DNA of 64,000 nt from Naegleria gruberi. Taxonomy: Eukaryota. Made by a program: the position numbers and the translations under genes. Below, one piece after another: positions 56,746 through 64,000 of the stretch; the stretch's first letter is position 1, and each line of letters opens with the position of its first letter. The DNA lies in the NCBI GenBank assembly GCA_000004985.1, contig GG738879.1; one strand, written 5' to 3'. The notes beneath the pieces were generated by a model. The model had not been told where the DNA came from and ran no database searches. It saw nothing but the letters and a program-made list of their open reading frames with translations.

Positions 56746-56898
56746 ATTTTAATCACTATAAAAAAACAAATATTTAAAATTCAACAATTTACAAATTTAT
56801 GCAATTTTTCAGAATGTTATTTCTTTTTGAACTTATTTTTACCTTCACATCTTGAAAGATTTCGACTTAGTTTGTGTTACAACCAAGAAATGGATTTA

Positions 56899-59800
56899 TT
56901 AAAGATATTTGACTAATAACTTGACATCATGAACTTGTTTGTTAATTCTATAAAATGGTCTTAATGTTCTACCCAATAATTCAAGTTGTTCATCTTCTCC
57001 TTGTTTGAAAATGAAATACTTGTAACAATCAATTGGATTCCATTTCAAATTCAAATCACAAATTAATTGAGATTCTTCCAAGGTTGATTCATTGAATGAC
57101 TTAGTAATTTCAACTTGTTCAATTGGTTTCAAGTTCAAATCTAACAATTTTTCACCAATATTCAAATAACCTAATTTCATTGCATAATAATCTTCTTCAT
57201 TACTATCAATAATGGAATGTTCATCAGAAGGTGATGGAGTTGAATCACTTTGAATACAATCAATATAAATATTTGTAATTTCATCATCGAATTCAATAAT
57301 ATTATTCAAAGAATAAGTTTTTAATATCCAACCACCATTCATCATTTCAGATTTAACATTTTGATCCATTTTACTCAAATCAATTAAACCTAATTTTACA
57401 GTTTCAATTAATAAATGTAAAGAAGAATATTTTTCATTAAATTCATTACTATATTTAAATGCATATTGAATATTTGTTATATTATTATTTAAATTATTAT
57501 TTAAATTATTTAATTTAATACTAGTTTTAAATAATTTAAATCTTGTTAATTTTACTTCATCTTGATTAAATTTTCCATAAAATTCTAAACAATTTCCACC
57601 TAAAAAGGAATCTAAATAATTAAAATTCCAATTAATTGAATATTCTTGTCCAATATTTAAAATTTTATAATTTCTAAAATTAGGTAATAAATCTTGTTCA
57701 GAAATATCATTCCATTTTAATACATTTTGATTATTTCCATAAATGTAATAATTTAATCCAACACCTGAATTAAAAAATGTTGAAAATAAATTTTTAATTA
57801 ATTTTTCATTTAAATAATTTGAATTATTTTCATTTTTACTTTTTAATTTTAAATTTAAAGAACAATTTGAAATTCTTGATCCAAAATTTCCCGCCCAATT
57901 TTCAACATCCTTTCCACCATGTTCCCAAATTATTGTTTTAATTAAATTTATATTTTTTAAAATAAAATTAAAATTAATACATTTCCAATTAGAGTTACAA
58001 ATAATTTCACCAGAATTAAATTCTTTAATAATTTTATCATTTTTATCTAAAAATTTAATTTTTAAATAAAATAAATCTTGACAATTTGGTTCAGTTCCTT
58101 TTATCCAACATTTTGCATTTAAAATTAAATTATTTAAATTATTATTATTTCCATTTATATCAATTTCATTTAATATAAAAGGTAAATTAATTAATTGTTC
58201 CATTTTTGACCAATTAAAAGATGAAATAAAAGATTTTGATTGATTAAAATCATTATTTAAAGATTTAATCCAATTTCCATTTATATTCCAACCTTCAAAT
58301 TCATTTAATTGTCCATTTCCATTTTTTAATAATTCAATAATTTTATAATTTCCATTCCAAAATAAATTTTCAATATTTTCATATTCATTTCTAATTAAAT
58401 TTAAATTTTCAATATTTTCTAAATTTGTAAAATTATTAAAATAATTTTCATAAATAAAACCTGGAGCAAATAAGGCAATAGATGTTTCATATTTGTTAAT
58501 TTCATTTAATGCTATTTTAGTATTAAATTGTCCACCACCATATTGTCCTCTACCAAATATATCTATACCTGTAAATATTTTATATTTATTTAATTTTTTA
58601 TTTAATTTTAAATTATTTTCTATTAAAATATTTTGTAATAGATTTAAATTATTTAAATTATTATTATTTTGTAAATTATTTTCTAATAAATTAATAAAAT
58701 TATTTAAATTAATTAAAGAATTATTTAACATTTCAGGTTTCCAATTATAATTTAAAAAAATTCCATCACTTTCATTTAAAAAAATTAAATTTTTTTCATT
58801 TAATTCATTTTGCCATTTTAATTCTCCATTTGGATAAATAATTGAATCATACCAAATTATTTTAGAATTTTTAATTAATTCTTTACATTTTAATTTTAAA
58901 TATTTAATAAAATTAATTAATTTTAAACATAAATCTTGATTTAAATTACATTCTATATTTAGAAACCATCCATCAAATTTATAATAAATTGCTAAATTTA
59001 TCAAATAATCAGCAAATTGTTCATAATTTCCATTTAAAATTTTAGAAATTTCTTTACTTCCTTCATCCCATTCAAAAATTAAATTTCCTAAAACTAAAAT
59101 TCCATTTTTATGTGCAATTTCAGTCCAACCAACAGGTGGTATTGTAATTCTATTTAATATTTAATATATTTAATATTATATAATATTTAATATTTAAAAT
59201 AAATTTAAAAAATAAAAAAAACAAACCTTTCATGACTAAAATAAATAAAAATATCAACAAATTGCCAATAATTAAAATTAAAAGTTAAAAAATCATTTCC
59301 ACTTTGAATAAATTTATCATTTAAATATCCACCTTTCATATCATGACATAAAATTACTTTTTGTCTATTTTTAGTAAAATTATTTTTAAAATTAATTTTA
59401 GCAATATTTAAATCATCTTTAAAATTAAATTCTTGATTAATTGAATAAATTGGTTCTGAAATTATTTTAAATGGTTCATTAGATATTTCTAAAGATGGAA
59501 ATGAATAATTAAAATTAAAATTAAAAATTTCATTTGAAAAATAAAAAAATAAATTTTGTAAAATTCCTTTAAATGGTTTTGAATTTTCTAATTTTGGTGG
59601 AATTATAAATGGATTAAAATTATTTATAATTGAATTTAAATTATTAAAATTTAATTCTTGTTCATATTCTAATTTATTATATTTAGTAATTTTAATTAAT
59701 AATTTATTTTTAAATATTAATTGAATATGATACCATTTATATAAATTAAAATTATAATTAATTATTAAATCATTAATTATTAATTTGTTATTTAAATATG

Positions 59801-60062
59801 TTGATAATTTAATTAATAAATCTCCTTTTTTTAAAATTGTAAAATAATTTGAATTTAATAATTCTAAAAAGTAAATTGAAAAGGAAATATTTAATGTAGA
59901 TTCAGAATTAGAAATTATTATTGGTGCATGAATTTTTAAATTTTCATTATTATTTGTAATAAAATTACATGATGGAAGTAAATTAATTAAATTTGATGGT
60001 AATGAAAGTTGTAGATGTGGATCGGATAGATGATCACTATCATTACTAATACTTTCATTCAT
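56899..60062 (-). CDS. Cytosolic endo-beta-N-acetylglucosaminidase (glycoside hydrolase family 85, ENGase). Exons about 59227-60062 and 56899-59149. Extremely Asn-rich.
   Basis: GH85 signature across the 77-nt intron (GTTTGT...AAATAG): KVILCHDMKGGYLNDKF...NYWQFVDIFIYFSHE|RITIPPVGWTEIAHKNGILVLGNLIFEWDEG...FDGWFLNIE. The long C-terminal region is dominated by N/I/K-rich low complexity. Start codon uncertain (first in-frame ATG at 60062; the ORF opens at 60125 with TTG). Confidence 0.8.
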
Positions 60063-60295
60063 TTTATTAGTATTATTATTATTAACAACTTGGTGATGAA
60101 TGTGAAGAGGTTCACCAGCAAGCAAATCGAGAGATGATGTAAATTTTTTAGGCTTGATCTTTCAATACAATTTCAGCCTTGTTTTCGTAAGTACCCGGCA
60201 GAGAAGATAAAATTCAGTGTCAAACATAATTGGCGCCAATCAAACTACAACAACAACAATAACACTAAGAAGATTAAAAACAAAGAATTATAAAA

Positions 60296-60757
60296 ATGGC
60301 TGACGAAGTAACACAAAAGAAATTGAAGGAGGCTTTCAGATTATTTGAACGTGAGGGGTGTATTGAAGTGGATGATTTAGGTATTATTATGAGACACTTG
60401 AATCTTAATCCTACGGAAAAACAAATTTCTGCATTAAAAACTGAAATGGGTCCAAATGTTATTGATTACAATGTTTTTGAAGCAGTGATGAGTAAGATTG
60501 TCCTTACATCAACCTATGATGGTGCAACTTTAACTTTGGACACTGAAGATCAATTATTAAGAGCTTTTGAAATTTTGGATCCGGAGAGGAATGGTTTAAT
60601 TCCTTCAGAGAAATTGGTTCAATTACTCAAATCACAAGGAGAACCAATGACTGAAGAGGAAATTAATGAATTCCTTCAATTTGCTCAATCCAAAGATTCA
60701 GCAATCATTCGATATGAAGAGTATGTCAATTTGTTATGTAGTCATTTAAAGAAATAA
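60296..60757 (+). CDS. EF-hand calmodulin-like protein (light-chain type, degenerate Ca-binding loops)
   Basis: 153-aa ORF with four helix-loop-helix units (LKEAFRLFEREGCIEVDDL..., LLRAFEILDPERNGLIPSEKLVQLL...). Confidence 0.7.
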   Translation: MADEVTQKKLKEAFRLFEREGCIEVDDLGIIMRHLNLNPTEKQISALKTEMGPNVIDYNVFEAVMSKIVLTSTYDGATLTLDTEDQLLRAFEILDPERNGLIPSEKLVQLLKSQGEPMTEEEINEFLQFAQSKDSAIIRYEEYVNLLCSHLKK

Positions 60758-60792
60758 ACTATTATTATGATTATAAAATTTTTCTAGATGAT

Positions 60793-61113
60793 TTATTGAG
60801 TTTCACGCAAACGTCTAATAGTAGATCTAACAGTAGCAGCAGCGACAGTGTTCAAAGTCCAGGCACCACCAGCTTGAGTCTTATTACACTTCTTGCAGTT
60901 CCAGATACCAACAGCAACTCTCTTAACGCTGTGCTTACCACAGAATTGACAGAAGTGCTTTTGCTTCTTGGCAATTTCGTATTTCTTGGCTCTCTTTCTC
61001 AAGTTAGCACCATATCTAGTACCGAATTTACCGCAAATACCTGCTTTCTTTGTTCTCTTGGCCTGTTATTGGTGTTACTATTTAAAAAAATAATGAGTAC
61101 GAAAACTTACCAT
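60793..61113 (-). CDS. RPL37A: 60S ribosomal protein L37a (eL43). Exons 61111-61113 (ATG only) and 60793-61062.
   Basis: The 48-nt intron begins immediately after the start codon (ATG|GTAAGT...AACAG). Spliced product [73 protein letters not shown]... matches eL43 including the C4 zinc ribbon. Confidence 0.9.
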
Positions 61114-61546
61114 CGTTATGTTTTTGACTTTTTTTTTCAACAAAAATTTTTAAAACTTGTGGTTGTCTAGGCACTACATACTTTACAATGAAAATAATCT
61201 TCAGCAGCTTCAAAAATATTCATCAAACAAATGTGAAGCAGTCATAACGGACATTCAGATAATCGGATCACTCAAGGAAACCTCTTGTGCCATTCATCAT
61301 ATTAACTATTATGTGCCATTCATCATAACAATTACACTCTTCTTAAAACAAGAACAATGTTACTTTGAATCAAAATTAATTTACTTTAAAAAGAATTCAC
61401 AGAACAGAATAATACACTTAAACCATTCCTTTTCTTCTTCTACTTTTTCTTAAAGAATGAACTGATAGATTGTTGTTTTGTACCACTATTACTAGCCTTG
61501 ACCACAGACTTTTTAGTTGTTGCTGCTGTTTCCTTCTTCTTTTTAG

Positions 61547-63073
61547 ATGCATCAGTTGTTGTTGCTGCTGTTGGTGCTTCGTCATCCTTCATGGCATTAT
61601 CATGATCTTCATCATCCGAAGATAATTCGTAGTACACTATCATCATCATCAACAACATCAACAATATCATCACTTCCATGTAGAGAAAAGGAAATTGAAC
61701 AAATTAAAACATCACTATCAAATTGTATACAATTATCATGTCCTAAAACAATGTACATTGCAGGAGAACCAGGTACAGGTAAAACAGCCTGTATTAAACA
61801 AGTATTAAATGATTTGGAAAATGAATATAATAATACATCATCAAATAATAGTAATAATAATAATAATAATAGTAAAAGTAATAGTAATAATAATAATATA
61901 CATAAATTTAAATATATATTTATTAATGCAATGAAATTAAATCAACCATTTAAAGCCTTTGAAATTATCTATGATCAAGTTATTAAAAATTCCAATAATA
62001 AATTAAAAATCAAGCCTAAAAAAGCGCAATATAAACCACGTATAGAAAATTATTTTAAAAATTCCAAAACATTTAACAAACGTAAATATTTAATTATAAT
62101 AATAGATGAAATGGATTTTTTTGTAACAAAAACATCTAATAATACTAAAAATATACATTTATTATATGATTTAGTTGATATAACAAGAGATTCTAATAGT
62201 AAATTATGTATAATTGGAATTAGTAATACAGTTTCATTATTAGATCAATTAAATAGTAAAATTAAAAGTAGATTTGATGAAATGATAACTTTTTTTCCAT
62301 ATGAAAATGATCAAATTAGAACAATAATTGAAAGTAAAATATTAACAAATTATGATAATTATTTTGAAAAGGGTGCAATTAAAATGATTGGTTCTTTAAT
62401 TGCTAGAAAAGCAGGTGATATACGTCAAGCTATTGATATTATTAAAAGATGTATTGAAATTTATTCTATAAAAGGAAATTTACAAGAAAAGAAAATTGAT
62501 TCTTTATTTGTTAAATCAATTGCAACTGATTTTACAGATAGATATCCAATTTCACAATTAAGTATTTATCATAAAATATTTTTATATTGTACTATTTTGG
62601 AATATGAAATGAAATTAAAAAATTTAAAAGAAAATCAAAATTTAAATAATTATGAATCAAATCCAAATAATTTATTATTTGAACGTATTGTAATGAGATT
62701 TCAAAATTTATTAGCAATGTTTGAAAATTCAATGAATATAAATAGTATTACTACTACTACTACCACTTTCAATAATAGTAATAATAATAATTTAAATAAT
62801 AATAATAATAGTACTTCCAATAATAATAGTAATAATTCAATGAATAATAATAATTTAAATAATTCCAATAATATAAAATATTCATTTATAAATCCAAGTT
62901 TAGATCAATTACAATTAATAATGTTTACATTATGTGAATTGGGAATAATTTCAATTGATAATGATAAAAGAGAACGTTTACCAATTATACATTTTGAAAC
63001 TGAATATCAATTATTATTATTTAATTTAGAACAAGATGATGAAATGAAACCAATTATGAAATTAAATAAATAA
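61547..63073 (+). CDS. Cdc6/Orc1-family AAA+ replication initiation protein; N-terminus uncertain
   Basis: SLPCREKEIEQIKTSL...MYIAGEPGTGKTACIKQVL (Walker A), IIIDEMDF (Walker B), sensor and winged-helix regions. Long poly-Asn inserts. The first about 40 codons of the ORF (MHQLLLLLL...) look non-coding and overlap a better-looking antisense ORF. Confidence 0.7.
   Translation: MHQLLLLLLVLRHPSWHYHDLHHPKIIRSTLSSSSTTSTISSLPCREKEIEQIKTSLSNCIQLSCPKTMYIAGEPGTGKTACIKQVLNDLENEYNNTSSNNSNNNNNNSKSNSNNNNIHKFKYIFINAMKLNQPFKAFEIIYDQVIKNSNNKLKIKPKKAQYKPRIENYFKNSKTFNKRKYLIIIIDEMDFFVTKTSNNTKNIHLLYDLVDITRDSNSKLCIIGISNTVSLLDQLNSKIKSRFDEMITFFPYENDQIRTIIESKILTNYDNYFEKGAIKMIGSLIARKAGDIRQAIDIIKRCIEIYSIKGNLQEKKIDSLFVKSIATDFTDRYPISQLSIYHKIFLYCTILEYEMKLKNLKENQNLNNYESNPNNLLFERIVMRFQNLLAMFENSMNINSITTTTTTFNNSNNNNLNNNNNSTSNNNSNNSMNNNNLNNSNNIKYSFINPSLDQLQLIMFTLCELGIISIDNDKRERLPIIHFETEYQLLLFNLEQDDEMKPIMKLNK
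61846..61905. repeat. AAT/AGT trinucleotide microsatellite (poly-Asn/Ser coding) within Cdc6/Orc1; a second tract at about 62770-62880
   Basis: Direct reading: aataataataataataatagtaaaagtaatagtaataataataat. Confidence 0.8.
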
Positions 63074-63124
63074 TATTTTTTGAACATCACATTAATATAA
63101 TTTATTTGTTCTTTTTGTAATAAA

Positions 63125-64000
63125 TTATAATTCATCTTTATTTTCTAAAGCAATAATTGAATTTGTCTCATCAGATAATTTCCATTCCATATTATTTTTA
63201 TCATTTTTATCATTTTTATCATTTCCATTATTTTCATTTTCATTATTTTCATTTCCATTTTCATTATTATTTAAATTAGATGAAGGTAATAAAAGTTTAA
63301 AAGGAATGTCTAAACATAAATGTTCAATCATTTCTCTTCTTTGTGGATCATGTTCTAATTGTTGATATTTATAAATTCTTAAAGTAGCTTCATGTGTACC
63401 ATTTAAAATGGAATATAAAGGTCTTTCTATATTAATATGATATGTTTTGTTTAAATTTATAATTGGACAATTTGAATCTTGTAATTTACAATTAATTTCT
63501 AAATTATTTTTAGATTGGTTTCCTAAAAAAGAACCACAACAAATATCATATGGTCCTTTATATTTAATTTTTTGACCTGTTTCTTCATGCCATAATTCTA
63601 AATTATAAAATAAATGATTAGTTTCCATAATTGGTTCATTAAATTTAATATCCATTTCAATTTTAACACCAGGTGTATTATATCTAGTAGGTACAATTGT
63701 TAAATGTGAAGTAATTAATGAAATTAAAGAATCTTCTTCATCATAACAATGTTTCCATTGTATAAATTTAGTATATGGTTTTGTAAATTTATTTTTTAAT
63801 GATTTAATTTTAATATTTCTATTATTAATTTGATCATTATTTAATTTATTTAAATTTTTAACATTGGAATTTAATGTTTTAAATTTTACTTTTTCTTTTA
63901 AACTTGCCTTTTCTTGACAATTTATTTGTATATTATTTAATATTGTTGTTAATAATAATAATAGTGATAATAATAGTGATAGTATTGTTGTTGTTGTTGT
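63125..64000 (-). CDS. Secretory/ER-lumenal protein ending in KDEL, 5'-partial (runs off the window end)
   Basis: ORF 63125-63655 ends ...ENKDEL*. The same frame stays open upstream to 64000 and encodes a hydrophobic signal-peptide-like stretch (ILSLLLSLLLLLTTIL) near the window edge. Internal N/E/D/K 9-nt repeats. Confidence 0.6.
   Translation of the reverse strand, partial: TTTTTILSLLLSLLLLLTTILNNIQINCQEKASLKEKVKFKTLNSNVKNLNKLNNDQINNRNIKIKSLKNKFTKPYTKFIQWKHCYDEEDSLISLITSHLTIVPTRYNTPGVKIEMDIKFNEPIMETNHLFYNLELWHEETGQKIKYKGPYDICCGSFLGNQSKNNLEINCKLQDSNCPIINLNKTYHINIERPLYSILNGTHEATLRIYKYQQLEHDPQRREMIEHLCLDIPFKLLLPSSNLNNNENGNENNENENNGNDKNDKNDKNNMEWKLSDETNSIIALENKDEL
63181..63270. repeat. 9-nt tandem repeats (TTTATCATT / TTTTCATTA variants) encoding an NENGNENNENENNGNDKNDKNDKNN tract in the KDEL-protein gene
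   Basis: Direct reading. Confidence 0.8.

Noticed and set aside
61157-61453. 98-aa plus-strand ORF in the RPL37a/Cdc6 spacer
   Set aside because: Composition is typical of AT-rich non-coding DNA (stop-poor by chance over 300 nt). No recognisable motif. Overlaps the probable promoter of two divergent genes.
1-64000. Searched for tRNA-like cloverleaf signatures (GGTTCGAAT/GTTCGATTC T-loop boxes), rDNA, transposon terminal repeats, CRISPR-like arrays and operon organisation
   Set aside because: None found by eye. The window is single-copy gene-dense eukaryotic DNA. Small ncRNAs (snoRNAs in introns) cannot be excluded without a covariance-model scan.

Overview
This window is a compact, AT-rich eukaryotic nuclear region using the standard genetic code (long uninterrupted ORFs; TAA/TAG/TGA all terminate). 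About 36 protein-coding genes lie on both strands. Introns are very short, about 34-140 nt, mostly GTAAGT/GTATGT/GTTTGT...AG, and intergenic spacers are tiny; several convergent pairs end within 0-30 bp of each other. No rRNA or tRNA genes, transposons or prokaryotic-type features (CRISPR, operons) are visible. Gene content is housekeeping plus signalling: proteasome alpha-2, ribosomal proteins RPS13/uS15 and RPL37a/eL43, RNA polymerase III subunit RPC11, ROMO1/Mgr2, a twin-Cx9C protein, Cdc20/Cdh1, Cdc6/Orc1, a SUN-domain protein, Snapin, a Cyp40-like PPIase, a GH85 ENGase, a Myb factor, several kinases (CaMKK-like, CDKL-like, ankyrin-repeat kinase), a TBC RabGAP, a PB1-UBA autophagy-receptor-like protein, a CFAP221/PCDP1-like flagellar protein and a phytochelatin-synthase-like protein. 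The most unusual locus is a ~1610-aa five-exon gene (21848-26839, minus strand) encoding two polytopic membrane modules followed by a PAS domain and a class III nucleotidyl cyclase domain. A 5'-truncated gene of more than 3081 aa fills the first 9.3 kb. Flagellar, mitochondrial and PAS-cyclase genes together with the genome style suggest a free-living amoeboflagellate (heterolobosean/Naegleria-like); this is inference only. Splice models were derived by eye from conserved protein motifs and GT-AG boundaries and need transcript confirmation.
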